From NCBI GenBank assembly GCA_027082825.1, contig JALWTO010000040.1, positions 77,863-141,862 of the forward strand: DNA of 64,000 bases, given 5' to 3'. The stretch is from Acidilobaceae archaeon (GTDB lineage Archaea > Thermoproteota > Thermoprotei_A > Sulfolobales > Acidilobaceae). Both the position numbers and the translations under genes were made by a program. Positions 9,080-19,057 of the stretch are shown here, one piece after another. Position 1 is the first letter of the stretch. Each line of letters opens with the position of its first letter. Under the pieces are notes generated by a model that worked only from the letters and a program-made list of their open reading frames with translations, searched no databases and was not told the origin of the DNA.

Positions 9080-9734
9080 GTCAGAAAAGGATCTAAGAGA
9101 ATTCATCAATATTTATGGTGAGAGGGGCTATTATGTTCTGAAAGCAATTCTTGAATCATACAAAGAAAACTGGGGGAGGGGGGCATTAGGAGACTTTAGC
9201 TATAAAGATGTCAAGCGGAGGCTAGCCTTTTACGGTTTAAAATATAACCCAGCATTACTTTTATCTCGCCTCGAGAGGGAATATGAGATCATTGAAACAA
9301 CGTATAAGTCCAGTAACCAGCATTGGTGGAAAATAATTGATCTAGAGGCAGCTGAAGAAGTTATAGCAGAATACGAAGGTAGAAGTGTTGAGGAACTTTC
9401 GTCATTACCTCCAAGAGCAAGACTTTTGAGACTTCAATTCTATGCCTTGGATCCAGAGACTATCCTGTTAAAATTAAAGAGAGTACAAAGAGGAATAAGA
9501 CTGCCATCAAAGATACTTAATGACATTATTTTCTTGAGACTTCCTAAGGTAGTTAGCTTTCTGGAAAGTGCTACAGAGGAATTTCCTGATGAACTTTCTA
9601 CTGAAATTTCTTTGGCAGAGGAAATACTTGGGCTAGCAGAAAAAGTAGTTTTATTAAGAAGACAAAAAAGAGAGAAAAGCGAGCTCGAAGGAATAAAGTT
9701 AGAGTCCAAGCTCTCGAGAAAAGCTAATTATTAA
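9066..9734 (+). CDS. hypothetical protein
   Basis: 222-aa ORF (GTG 9066 or ATG 9078) with no recognisable motif. Helical and charged. Its 3' end overlaps the convergent PPS gene by 36 nt. Confidence 0.5.
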   Translation: MTKNMSEKDLREFINIYGERGYYVLKAILESYKENWGRGALGDFSYKDVKRRLAFYGLKYNPALLLSRLEREYEIIETTYKSSNQHWWKIIDLEAAEEVIAEYEGRSVEELSSLPPRARLLRLQFYALDPETILLKLKRVQRGIRLPSKILNDIIFLRLPKVVSFLESATEEFPDELSTEISLAEEILGLAEKVVLLRRQKREKSELEGIKLESKLSRKANY

Positions 9735-10499
9735 CCCTCTCTTTCTTGCATCATTAAGCCTATTTAATATTGCCTCAAATGCTCCTGAAAGAACCTTTCT
9801 ATTGTCATAATTTTCAGCTATTTCCCTAAGCTTATTCTCGTCTAAATTCTTAAGTTCCATTGCTATCTCTACAGCCCTCTTTAAGGCTCTAGTGGCCTCA
9901 TCCACTATAGTTATATCTGCCATCTGAGCTGTTCTTGAAAAAGGATTGAGATCTATAACAGCTACTCTTTTACCTACTCTTCTTAAAGCCTCTGTTCTAT
10001 CACCATCCTCTATGCCCAGAAGAACAAAATCTGCAGAGTATATTCCATCAACACAGACTATACCTCTAGGACTCTCTAGGCCAGATATATGCGTTTTTTT
10101 GCAGTTGCTTCCAAAAACTTTCTTAGCCCCCAAATTCTTAAGATATTCCTCTATTATTTTTATCCTCTCCTCAGTTCTATAGAAAAGATTAACCTCTATT
10201 GGAATATCTAAAATATCTGAAAGCATGACAATCTCTTTTCCAGCTAATGCAGCAAGATTTCCATTAACAGAAATTATCGGTTTTTCTGCCAAAAGGACAT
10301 AGGCTATAGTCGCTTTTATCGACATCAATGCAAAATCATGAGTTTTTTCACCCAACAGATAATCAAAAGCCTCTCCTCTTCCATGAGCTATAAGTCCTTC
10401 AGGTACAACCATACCTTTCCTAAAACCGTCAACAATTCTCTCTCTTATAATTAAGCTATGATATCTGGGGTGAGACTTAGGTATTCTAAACCCCTTCAA
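9699..10499 (-). CDS. 4-phosphopantoate--beta-alanine ligase (archaeal phosphopantothenate synthetase, PPS)
   Basis: 266 aa. The N-terminus IPKSHPRYHSLIIRERIVDGFRKGMVVPEGLIAHGRGEAFDYLLGEKT matches the conserved head of the archaeal PPS (DUF137/COG1701) family. Confidence 0.75.
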   Translation of the reverse strand: MKGFRIPKSHPRYHSLIIRERIVDGFRKGMVVPEGLIAHGRGEAFDYLLGEKTHDFALMSIKATIAYVLLAEKPIISVNGNLAALAGKEIVMLSDILDIPIEVNLFYRTEERIKIIEEYLKNLGAKKVFGSNCKKTHISGLESPRGIVCVDGIYSADFVLLGIEDGDRTEALRRVGKRVAVIDLNPFSRTAQMADITIVDEATRALKRAVEIAMELKNLDENKLREIAENYDNRKVLSGAFEAILNRLNDARKRGLIISFSRELGL

Positions 10500-10502
10500 T
10501 AA

Positions 10503-11366
10503 TCAGCACCCGCCTTCTCGGAACTTAATTCCATCTGTTCTTCTTTCAAGTATTCTTATCTTTAGTTTATTTTTTGAAATGTAGTCAATTGCATCTCTGA
10601 CCCTATCTCTCTCAACAAAAATTATTACAACTTTCTTCTTTACATAATACCCTATTATACCAGGTGTACTACTTATAATGGATTCTAAATTATCGTTTCC
10701 TGTTGTTCTCCTTAGAAGTGAAAGCTTTTTTGTAAATTCTGTTGCTAAGAAGATAAACCTCTCGAATGTTGGTTCATCAAGTAATTTGTTTAGAAAATCT
10801 CTTGCCTCTATAGCCTCTTTTATATCATATACTGACAAAAGTTCTCTAGTATTCATCTTCCCAAGGTCAATACCAAGTATGGAAACAGTTCCAGGCATAA
10901 ATATCGTTTCCGTTAAACCGAGATGAGGAGCTCCAGGCTTTATCCTAATTACTATGCCTTCGCCTAAAGGATTTGAGGCTATTGCCTGGACATCTCCAAG
11001 ACCTGTCTTAGATTTTATTTCAGAAATATGGGCAATCTCTAAGGCTCTATCAAAAGGAATATTATTTTTATAAGCTATAGCCAAGGATCCCCCTATGGCC
11101 ATTACTGCACTAGAAGCATATCCAACACTATGAGGCAATGGATCCTTTAACGTAAATTTACATTTTGACATTCCAAGCTCATTGCTAACTTCCCTTAGAG
11201 GATCCATTGTGGGTTCCTCTCCTTTGCCCAGACATACCTTACCCTCAGGGCCTACGATAACTCCGACTCCATAAGAACCTGACGTCTTCAGCTCCCCTGT
11301 ATATCTAGGAATGAAAAATGCCGTTACATGATGAGGTACACTAACACATATACATCCATTTTTCAA
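10503..11366 (-). CDS. pantoate kinase (GHMP-kinase family, archaeal PoK)
   Basis: 287 aa with a GHMP-type phosphate-binding motif PHSVGYASSAVMAIGGSLA. Sits directly between nadE and PPS in a CoA-pathway cluster. Confidence 0.7.
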   Translation of the reverse strand: MKNGCICVSVPHHVTAFFIPRYTGELKTSGSYGVGVIVGPEGKVCLGKGEEPTMDPLREVSNELGMSKCKFTLKDPLPHSVGYASSAVMAIGGSLAIAYKNNIPFDRALEIAHISEIKSKTGLGDVQAIASNPLGEGIVIRIKPGAPHLGLTETIFMPGTVSILGIDLGKMNTRELLSVYDIKEAIEARDFLNKLLDEPTFERFIFLATEFTKKLSLLRRTTGNDNLESIISSTPGIIGYYVKKKVVIIFVERDRVRDAIDYISKNKLKIRILERRTDGIKFREGGC

Positions 11367-12208
11367 CTTCTCTCCCTTTCCATTGCCCTCTTAATTACCT
11401 CCAGACCCAATTGTAACGGAGGACTTCTTTTGTGTCTGCTCTTCTTCTCAAGCTCAAGGACCTTTCTAACAACTTCCATTTCCAAACCTGTAGCCTCAGG
11501 TATATCTTCAGGCTCAAGACCTAGGTCATGTAATGCATAAAGAACCGTATCAACATCATTATAAGAGACCCCAAGCTCACTCTCAGCAGTATGTCCTGGC
11601 CACATTCTAGGACTACTAGGCTTCAATGCAATCCTTTCAGGAAGACCTAACTTCACCCCCAATCTCCTAACCTGGCTTTTATATAGGATTATTATAGGCT
11701 CTATGTCGACGGCACCATCACCATATTTTGTGAAATAACCTATATACCACTCACTACGATCAGTAGTTCCCAATACTAAATAATTATATTTGTTTGCATA
11801 GTAATAAAGTAGAGACATTCTTGTTCTAACTCTAAGGTTTCCTACTGGAAGTCTGTCACTACCTTCACCTTCATATATTGGTAATGAGGAAATGAATGTT
11901 TTAATTATGGGTGTTATATCGATAATTTGCATTTTTATTCCTAAAAGATTTACAATATCCTTAGCATCATTTATGTCAACCTCAGGTGTGACCTCGTGAT
12001 CGGGCATAATAAGACCTAAAACTCTGTCCTTTCCTACTGCTTTAGCAGCTAATGTTACAGAGACGCTTGAATCCACACCACCACTGAGACCTATGACATA
12101 ACCCCTAGCTTTGGTATCTTTTAGGATCCCTGCTAGGAATCCTTCTATTTCTTTTTCGACAACATTATAATCAAGTCTTATAACGTCATTAAGCGAAACT
12201 TTCTTCAA
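11363..12208 (-). CDS. nadE: NH3-dependent NAD+ synthetase
   Basis: 281 aa with PP-loop GLSGGVDSSV and a C-terminal region typical of NadE. 4-nt overlaps with both neighbours. Confidence 0.8.
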   Translation of the reverse strand: MKKVSLNDVIRLDYNVVEKEIEGFLAGILKDTKARGYVIGLSGGVDSSVSVTLAAKAVGKDRVLGLIMPDHEVTPEVDINDAKDIVNLLGIKMQIIDITPIIKTFISSLPIYEGEGSDRLPVGNLRVRTRMSLLYYYANKYNYLVLGTTDRSEWYIGYFTKYGDGAVDIEPIIILYKSQVRRLGVKLGLPERIALKPSSPRMWPGHTAESELGVSYNDVDTVLYALHDLGLEPEDIPEATGLEMEVVRKVLELEKKSRHKRSPPLQLGLEVIKRAMERERS

Positions 12209-13446
12209 ATCCCTTCACCTTTAATTAGGCTTGCAACTTCATCAATAACTACCCTAGAGACCTCCTCTTTAAGCATTCTCCTAAACTTTTTACTAACCCC
12301 CTTCTCCCTAGACATTAACAATCCTTCTATATAATCGCTACCAAAACCCGAGGATTTTCTTCCAACAAAGTTTGCAACAATTAAATCTAGACCGTATCTG
12401 TTCATCTTATTTAATGCCTCTTTTTCTAGCTCTTCGTAACTATTGACCGTTTCAGCGGCAAACCCGACAAGAACCTTAGGTCTACTCACTATGGCCCTTA
12501 AGACCTTAGGAGTTGGAACAAGCCTTACATCAATATTTGCTCCACTTCTTATTTTCTCATTCTTAACCTCTTCTGGCTTAAAATCCGCTAATGCAGCTGC
12601 TGATATAATAGCATCAAACTTCTCCACTTCAGTAAGAGATTTCATGACCTCAGCAAACCTCTCTGTGGTCTCACAGTAATAATTTTTAAATACATGAGGC
12701 GGCTCAGATAGCAAACTCCCATAAAGGAGATATACTTCAGCACCCCGTGCATAAGCCTCTAAAGCTAACTCAAGTCCCATTTTTCCGCTACTTGGATTAG
12801 AGATAAACCTTACTGGATCAAACCACTCCCTGCTAGCTCCAGCAGTTACAATTATCTTCGAACCATCAAGGTCTCTTCCTCTCAAAGTTACTGCTGCCGT
12901 TAACCTTGCAACAAAGGTAGGATCTGGATATTTAGCTACGCCCTCTGCTATTTCTGGGGGAATTATTGTTATCCCCATTCTTTTGAGGGTAGTTATGGAA
13001 TGTTCATATTGAAGCGTAGATAACATGTTACTATGCATTGCAGGGACTATGATTAAAGGCTTTTTCATCCCCACAACAGAGATTGCAATCAATGCCACTG
13101 TACTGTCAGCTATTCCATAAGCTATCTTGGATATTGTAGAGAGTGTTGCAGGTGCTATGAGCATAGCATCGCACTCTTCAGCCAAGTCTATATGCTCGAC
13201 ACTACCGCTCAATTTTTCTATAGGATTCTCGCCAGTTGCCCATTTGAGAAGTTTAGCCCCCAAAAGCTCTTGTGAAACTCTTGTCAAAACAGGGATTACC
13301 CTGGCACCTCTTCTGATTAGCCACCTAGCAGTATCAATAGCCTTATATGCTGCGACACTACCTGCTATACCTAAAACTATACACTTATCAGAAAGGTACT
13401 TTGATATCGAACCTCTAATGTGTTCAACTGGGTGAACCAAAATCAA
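12205..13446 (-). CDS. coaBC: bifunctional phosphopantothenoylcysteine decarboxylase / phosphopantothenate--cysteine ligase
   Basis: 413 aa. N-terminal flavoprotein domain (GIAGSVAAYKAIDTARWL, PAMHSNM) and C-terminal DFP/CoaB domain (VTAGASREWFDPVRFISNPSSGKMG). Confidence 0.85.
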   Translation of the reverse strand: MILVHPVEHIRGSISKYLSDKCIVLGIAGSVAAYKAIDTARWLIRRGARVIPVLTRVSQELLGAKLLKWATGENPIEKLSGSVEHIDLAEECDAMLIAPATLSTISKIAYGIADSTVALIAISVVGMKKPLIIVPAMHSNMLSTLQYEHSITTLKRMGITIIPPEIAEGVAKYPDPTFVARLTAAVTLRGRDLDGSKIIVTAGASREWFDPVRFISNPSSGKMGLELALEAYARGAEVYLLYGSLLSEPPHVFKNYYCETTERFAEVMKSLTEVEKFDAIISAAALADFKPEEVKNEKIRSGANIDVRLVPTPKVLRAIVSRPKVLVGFAAETVNSYEELEKEALNKMNRYGLDLIVANFVGRKSSGFGSDYIEGLLMSREKGVSKKFRRMLKEEVSRVVIDEVASLIKGEGI

Positions 13447-13578
13447 TAACCCATTAGTTTTTTGTCATGAAACCTTATATTAAAGAGTTCCATTACACAG
13501 TTCTATTTAAAAAGGATTTAAGCATGCAAACGTAACTACACCTAAAAAGGATATGATGTTTAAGGGTGTGGCCATAAT

Positions 13579-14181
13579 ATGACCCAAGAAAAGAATATAC
13601 TCATAAGAAAGGCCACTGAGATAGATATACCCATCGTTATGGAGATCAATATGAGAAGCTTACCAGAAAACTACTGGTATGGATTCTATCTCCATATCTT
13701 AAAAAATTGGCCCGAGACTTTTTTTGTAGCCGAAGTTGATGGCAAACTCGTAGGATACGCAATGACAAGAATAGAGACGTCCAGTGATTTGGTCCTTTTA
13801 GGTTTAGATAATGAATTTGAAAAAAGAGATAACGTAAGAAGCCTAATAAATACCCTGTTGGATCCAATAAAGTCTTTTTTGGCTAAAGGCTACTATGGGA
13901 AAGTAGGACACTTAGTTTCAATAGCAGTATTAGAGGAATATAGAAGAAGAGGTATAGGAAGTAGACTTTTAGAGAAAAGTATTAGGATATCTAAAGAGAT
14001 CTATGATGCAGAGTCTATGTATCTAGAGGTCAGAATAACCAATAAACCTGCTATAAGATTGTATGAAAAATATGGCTTTAGAAAGGCGAGAATAATAAAG
14101 AGGTATTATATGGATGGAGAAGATGCTTATGTTATGGTAAAGAGGCTTAAAAACATCCCTACGTTTTCATCTAAAAAGTAA
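13579..14181 (+). CDS. GNAT N-acetyltransferase, RimI/Ard1 (N-terminal acetyltransferase)-like
   Basis: 200 aa with acetyl-CoA motif VSIAVLEEYRRRGIGSRLLEKSI and ...RLYEKYGF. The layout matches archaeal Ard1/RimI, with an internal insertion. Confidence 0.7.
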   Translation: MTQEKNILIRKATEIDIPIVMEINMRSLPENYWYGFYLHILKNWPETFFVAEVDGKLVGYAMTRIETSSDLVLLGLDNEFEKRDNVRSLINTLLDPIKSFLAKGYYGKVGHLVSIAVLEEYRRRGIGSRLLEKSIRISKEIYDAESMYLEVRITNKPAIRLYEKYGFRKARIIKRYYMDGEDAYVMVKRLKNIPTFSSKK

Positions 14182-15550
14182 CACCGATATCCCTCTTGAA
14201 GTTTTCATAAATCTTATTCAATTCAAAGATCCATCTATTTAGAGCTGTTGGGTCATCAGGGTATTTAAGATAATGTTCTTTAGCCTTCTTCATATAATCA
14301 GCCACCTTAGCCAATTTCAAAAGAAGTAAAGGCTTCTTTATTCCTCTAAGGACAACTGCAAGTTTATCAAGCAATCCTAGATTCGCTTTCAGTTCCCCTG
14401 TAACACTCGTCTCATAAGCCCCTCTGGCATCCATTATTCTATTCTTTATACCAAACTCTATCTCCTCATTACTAAGTTCCTGAAGGAACATCCTGAAGAT
14501 GTCTAGAGATGCCTGCTTAGATCCTAAAGTTCTCATATATGATAGATTTAAATCCCAAAGGCCTTTTGCAGTAAAATCTCCAGTTTCAAATGCCCTAAGT
14601 ATAACTTTGCTAGCCAAATATGCGGAGTAAAATGCGTAGCCCATACCTCCTCCGTGGACTGGATTTACTGTAAAGGCATTATCTCCTATCCCTATAAAGT
14701 TATGCCAAACCAAGGTATTCGCTGGTCTCCTCGTAGGTACTGTAGATCCTCCTGCCCTATATACCTTAACAACCTTTCTAACAAACTCTGGTCTATTCAT
14801 TAGTTTTTCTTTGAACAGTTCAGTTGGGAGTTTATATCCTCTACCTCCCTGAATGCCCAAACCTGTATTTACCACATTGTTACCCTCTGGAAAGAACCAC
14901 CAATATCCTCCAGGTGCTATCTCTTTGTTGAGATATATTCTTATGTAATTGGGTCTCTCAATATTGTCCTCAAGTTCTATGACCTCTCTATAAGCTATGT
15001 TTGAATCCGTAGATTTAAGTTTTTCATTAACAGGCCATTCCTCTGGCAATCTTCTTCTTATAACCCCACTATTTCCAGTCGCATCAACAACAACTTTAGC
15101 CTCTATCACATAAGGTTTACCCTTGTCAAGATCTCTTACCATAACCCCCTTGAGGGAATTTCCCTCAAAATAGGGTCTTAAAGCTTGGGTTCTAAGCCTA
15201 ACAGTCACTCCCATTTTCTGTGCGTCACTAATTACCCTTCTGCCCAACTCCCCCCTATCAATCATATAACCTTTACCGTCAACCTTAACAATATGTTCTT
15301 CGCTAGGACTGTATATTAATATACCGTCAACCCTCTTCCGTAATTCGCTACCTCTAGGCTCAGGTAGGCCTATTTCTTCGAAATGATGAGCTCCTATAGC
15401 ATCTCCACAAGGCTTTCCCCAAACCTGAGTCCAAGAAACCATATCTATACCTATAACCTTCAGATCTGTCTTACCTAAAAAATAAGAAAGAGTCGCTCCA
15501 GCAGGTCCTAATCCAACAATTACTACGTCATATTTTTCTATACCACTCAA
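14171..15550 (-). CDS. geranylgeranyl reductase family flavoprotein (likely digeranylgeranylglycerophospholipid reductase)
   Basis: 459 aa with an N-terminal FAD fold YDVVIVGLGPAGATLSYFL, a GDA motif and overall GGR-like layout. Confidence 0.7.
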   Translation of the reverse strand: MSGIEKYDVVIVGLGPAGATLSYFLGKTDLKVIGIDMVSWTQVWGKPCGDAIGAHHFEEIGLPEPRGSELRKRVDGILIYSPSEEHIVKVDGKGYMIDRGELGRRVISDAQKMGVTVRLRTQALRPYFEGNSLKGVMVRDLDKGKPYVIEAKVVVDATGNSGVIRRRLPEEWPVNEKLKSTDSNIAYREVIELEDNIERPNYIRIYLNKEIAPGGYWWFFPEGNNVVNTGLGIQGGRGYKLPTELFKEKLMNRPEFVRKVVKVYRAGGSTVPTRRPANTLVWHNFIGIGDNAFTVNPVHGGGMGYAFYSAYLASKVILRAFETGDFTAKGLWDLNLSYMRTLGSKQASLDIFRMFLQELSNEEIEFGIKNRIMDARGAYETSVTGELKANLGLLDKLAVVLRGIKKPLLLLKLAKVADYMKKAKEHYLKYPDDPTALNRWIFELNKIYENFKRDIGVTF

Positions 15551-15660
15551 ACTCTACGCCCCAGACTTGAACTCGATAAAAAACTTTTATAAAAATAAGC
15601 TATATGAATACACTGCACTAAGAACTGAGCAATTCCAAACAATGAACCACTTTGCTGGCT

Positions 15661-16014
15661 CTAACAAACACTTGCCCCGGGAGTTACCTCATCCTCGACA
15701 GTTAAAAGAACAGGCCTTTTCTTCTTTCCTTCCTCACTGCAAGTTGCTAGAAGCATTCCCTGACTTTCTAAACCCATAAGTTTTCTTGGCTCTAGATTTG
15801 AAACTACTATGATATATTTACCGATGAATTCCTCTGGAGAATACCAAGGTGCCAAACCTGCAATTATTTGCCTCTTTTCATCACCAACATCAACAACTAA
15901 CTTTATGAGTTTTTTGCTCTTGGGCACTTTCTCTGCCTGAATGACCTTACCTATTTTTAACTTTACCTTCTTAAAATAATCAAAATCTATGGTCTCTTGG
16001 TTCATAAACATCAC
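15661..16014 (-). CDS. stand-alone tRNA-binding domain protein (Trbp111/CsaA/MetRS-C-terminal-like)
   Basis: 117 aa. FKKVKLKIGKVIQAEKVPKSKKLIKLVVDVGDEKRQIIAGL...NLEPRKLMGLESQGMLLA is the OB-fold tRNA-binding domain signature. Confidence 0.75.
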   Translation of the reverse strand: MMFMNQETIDFDYFKKVKLKIGKVIQAEKVPKSKKLIKLVVDVGDEKRQIIAGLAPWYSPEEFIGKYIIVVSNLEPRKLMGLESQGMLLATCSEEGKKKRPVLLTVEDEVTPGASVC

Positions 16015-16175
16015 CTTGGCTTCTGATTAACAGCTTAGTATATAAATAAATCTACATAAAAAATATTAACAGGATTTTGCTCAAAGAAAATTCTAGTATT
16101 TATTTTAAGTGAAAAAATTCTATTTGCTTTAAGACATTTTAAAAGATATTAAAGAGGACAGAAATCTAAATAGAT

Positions 16176-17399
16176 ATGAAGAAAAAACTTGGGGGAACTC
16201 CTTTGTCGAAAGAGATCGCATGTAAAGAGGAGGAAGGTCCTTTAGGAAAATTAATAGTTGTCCCTAAGGGGCTTTACAGTGTTGTACCTGATACAACAAC
16301 AATAAGCGGTGTAGATCCCAAAGGTGAACATACCATTTACAGAGGATACACAATAGCCGATATAGGTGAGCATGCAGATTTCTATGAAGCCGCCCACCTT
16401 TTCCTTTATGGCAAACTTCCTTGCGAAGAAGAATACAAGGAGATAAAAAAGAAAATAGACACCTACAGAGGACAGATACCAGAAAAAGTATTAGATGCCC
16501 TAAGATACGTACCAAAAACACATCCAATGTACTATGGAGCTTACGGTGTTACTCTGTTAGGCCAGTATTATGGTACAGACTGGAGCTTTAATGACGACTT
16601 TCTGCATGATCATGCTCTAAGATTAATTGCTCAGCTTCCAGTTATCTTTACAGCTGGTTGGCATCTAGCCAATGAGGGAACTATAGTAAGGCCTGATCCA
16701 GACCTTAGCCATGGAAAGGATGTCTTAAGGATGATAATCGGGAAGATGCCAAGTGATCTCGAAGCAAGAGCTTTTGAATCAACACTAGTCCTCTATATGG
16801 ACCATGGATTTAATGCAAGTACTTTCACGGTTAGAGTGATAGCCAGTACCCTGAGTGATATATACTCAGCTATTGCCGGTGGAATAGGCGCCCTCAAAGG
16901 ACCTCTTCATGGAGGTGCCAACGAGAGAGCCATAGAAATGCTTCTAGACGCCAAGGCTAAGGCTGATGCTGCAGGCAAACCTCTAGAAGGATATATCGAA
17001 GAGTACATACTTGAGAAGCTTGCTAAGAAAGAAAGAATAATGGGCTTTGGACATAGAGTTTACAAGATCCATGACCCCAGGACAGATGTAGCTGCAAAGT
17101 TCATAAAGCAACTAAAGGATGGCGATTGGTGGCTCAAAATAATGAGAAAATCTGAAGAAGTCATGTGGAGAGAGAAGAAGCTTCCTGCGAACATAGACTT
17201 CTATACTGGTGTACTCTATTACCAGCTTAGAATACCAATACCAATGTATACACCAATATTTGCTATGGGCAGGATTGTGGGTTGGACCACACACTACATT
17301 GAACAGGTAGAGAACAACAGGCTCATAAGACCTACAGAAAAGTATGTTGGACCTTCAGGACTCAAATACGAACCTATGGAAGTTCGCTGCAGAAAGTAA
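16176..17399 (+). CDS. citrate synthase / 2-methylcitrate synthase
   Basis: 407 aa with catalytic-region motifs GPLHGGANE and GFGHRVYKIHDPR. A TATA-like TTTAAAAGATATTAAA lies just upstream. Confidence 0.85.
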   Translation: MKKKLGGTPLSKEIACKEEEGPLGKLIVVPKGLYSVVPDTTTISGVDPKGEHTIYRGYTIADIGEHADFYEAAHLFLYGKLPCEEEYKEIKKKIDTYRGQIPEKVLDALRYVPKTHPMYYGAYGVTLLGQYYGTDWSFNDDFLHDHALRLIAQLPVIFTAGWHLANEGTIVRPDPDLSHGKDVLRMIIGKMPSDLEARAFESTLVLYMDHGFNASTFTVRVIASTLSDIYSAIAGGIGALKGPLHGGANERAIEMLLDAKAKADAAGKPLEGYIEEYILEKLAKKERIMGFGHRVYKIHDPRTDVAAKFIKQLKDGDWWLKIMRKSEEVMWREKKLPANIDFYTGVLYYQLRIPIPMYTPIFAMGRIVGWTTHYIEQVENNRLIRPTEKYVGPSGLKYEPMEVRCRK

Positions 17400-17431
17400 A
17401 AAGACTTTTTAGCCATAACCTCTATTTTTAT

Positions 17432-17920
17432 TTATTTTCTTTTATTATTGTCTTCTTCTTTAGTTCCTGTTATCACCAAAATACCTCCAGCTTCTTTGAC
17501 CTTTCTTTTTGCTTCTTCACTGGCAAAAGGAACCATTATTTTTAGTGCAGTCTTTAAACTCCCTCTACCCAAAAGCTTATGATATCCTGCTGACACTAAA
17601 TCTACAACGGGTTTGCCATCTTCTACTTTAATATTTCCAGAGATCTTTAACCTTTCTGTAAGCTCTTCAACCTCTCCAACGTTGATAGCTCTTGGCTGAT
17701 ATCCGACCCTTATCCTGGGAGGATTAAATCCATGCTTACCAAACCATGTTGGAGCATATTTAATTACCCAAGTCCATCTGTGTTTGTTCATACCCGCTGC
17801 TCCTTTACCCCCTCTACTGCCAGATTTCCTATGCTGTCCTATCCTCCCCCAACCCATAGTCCTGGTTCTACCTCTTAATTTCCTTGACTTTCTTCTCCTT
17901 CTAACTACCATCAAGAACAC
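17432..17920 (-). CDS. rpl15: 50S ribosomal protein L15 (uL15)
   Basis: RKLRGRTRTMGWGRIGQHRKSGSRGGKGAAGMNKH N-terminus. Last gene of the r-protein operon. Confidence 0.9.
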   Translation of the reverse strand: MFLMVVRRRRKSRKLRGRTRTMGWGRIGQHRKSGSRGGKGAAGMNKHRWTWVIKYAPTWFGKHGFNPPRIRVGYQPRAINVGEVEELTERLKISGNIKVEDGKPVVDLVSAGYHKLLGRGSLKTALKIMVPFASEEAKRKVKEAGGILVITGTKEEDNNKRK

Positions 17921-17921
17921 C

Positions 17922-18431
17922 TCATATCATTTTCCTTACCAAATTGTTTATAGCTTTCCCTCTATAACCTAGCTCTCCTCCAGCTTTATAGTGCTTCTTT
18001 ATGCTTCCCTTAAATCCACCTTTGGGTGGATGAAGCCTGAAGAAAGGTTTAACCCCAATATGCTCTAACTTATGGTACATGATTTCCTCATTTAGAAGAT
18101 TTTCAGCGAGTTCTTTTATTCCAGGAAGATTTAACTTTTCTTTAACCCAGTCATCTGTTATAGGCTTGTCACCCAATAACCTTCCTCGTTTTCTTAAAAG
18201 CTCCTCTAAAGAATCTAGTTCTATCTCACCCCATGTGGCCCAATTCTCAATAGTTCTGAGCATTCCGTTTATACCTGGAAGGTTACTGGAATATAGCGAT
18301 GCAGCAAATTTTTGCCTTAACCTTAACATGCTTAAGGTACTCTTAACCTCAGGCCTTACATCTGCTGTGCCTCGTATCCTTATTATAATGTAGAGCACCA
18401 TAAAAAGGACCCCCTTTAAGTTCTTTGCCAA
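17922..18431 (-). CDS. rpl30: 50S ribosomal protein L30 (uL30)
   Basis: [26 protein letters not shown] motif. The real start is probably ATG at 18401 (MVLYIII...), which removes the overlap with S5. Confidence 0.85.
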   Translation of the reverse strand: MAKNLKGVLFMVLYIIIRIRGTADVRPEVKSTLSMLRLRQKFAASLYSSNLPGINGMLRTIENWATWGEIELDSLEELLRKRGRLLGDKPITDDWVKEKLNLPGIKELAENLLNEEIMYHKLEHIGVKPFFRLHPPKGGFKGSIKKHYKAGGELGYRGKAINNLVRKMI

Positions 18432-19051
18432 TCGAGAGGTGTTACAAACTTGTAAGTGGCCCTAAGGGCTAGGTAAGTGGCCCTTGCAAAGTTGTAGCTT
18501 GTTCTGGTTTCACCCTTTGTAAATGTCCATATATCCCTAATTCCAGCCATCCTAAGAACTTTCTTTGCAACCTCTCCAGCAACTAGACCTGTTCCCTTAG
18601 GAGCGGGCTTTAATATTACCTCGACACTTCCACTTTTTCCTCTAACCATAAAAGGCACACTATGAGGCTCGCCGCAGCTACACTCCCAACTACCACAGCC
18701 TCTTCGAATAGGTACTAGATTTAGTTTAGCATTTCTGAGAGCCTTCTCTATCGCAAATCTGAACTGCCTAGCCTTACCTTTACCTAATCCAACATAACCA
18801 TCACGATTTCCTAAGATAACAACGGCCCTATATCTTGTTATTCGACCAGCATCTGTCATTTTCTGCACTATAGTTACATCAATAACCTCATGATCCAAAT
18901 CAGGTAAAAGCATATCAACTATTTCAGGCTCTAGTATTGGAAGATTTCTTTTGAAAATCTCATCAATACTTGTTATCTTTCCCTCTTTAACGAGCTTACC
19001 AACTCTTGTCCTAGGTTCCCATTCCTCTAATGCCATCCCCTGAGAACTCAT
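18416..19051 (-). CDS. rps5: 30S ribosomal protein S5 (uS5)
   Basis: 211 aa. [18 protein letters not shown] and GTGLVAG segments, plus operon position. Confidence 0.9.
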   Translation of the reverse strand: MSSQGMALEEWEPRTRVGKLVKEGKITSIDEIFKRNLPILEPEIVDMLLPDLDHEVIDVTIVQKMTDAGRITRYRAVVILGNRDGYVGLGKGKARQFRFAIEKALRNAKLNLVPIRRGCGSWECSCGEPHSVPFMVRGKSGSVEVILKPAPKGTGLVAGEVAKKVLRMAGIRDIWTFTKGETRTSYNFARATYLALRATYKFVTPLDWQRT

Positions 19052-19057
19052 AATTAA

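Noticed and set aside
9171-9183. G-run GGGGGAGGGGGG resembling the speH-upstream G-tracts.
   Set aside because: It lies inside a coding region (…NWGRGALG…) as a single pair of tracts, which is explained by Trp/Gly/Arg codons.
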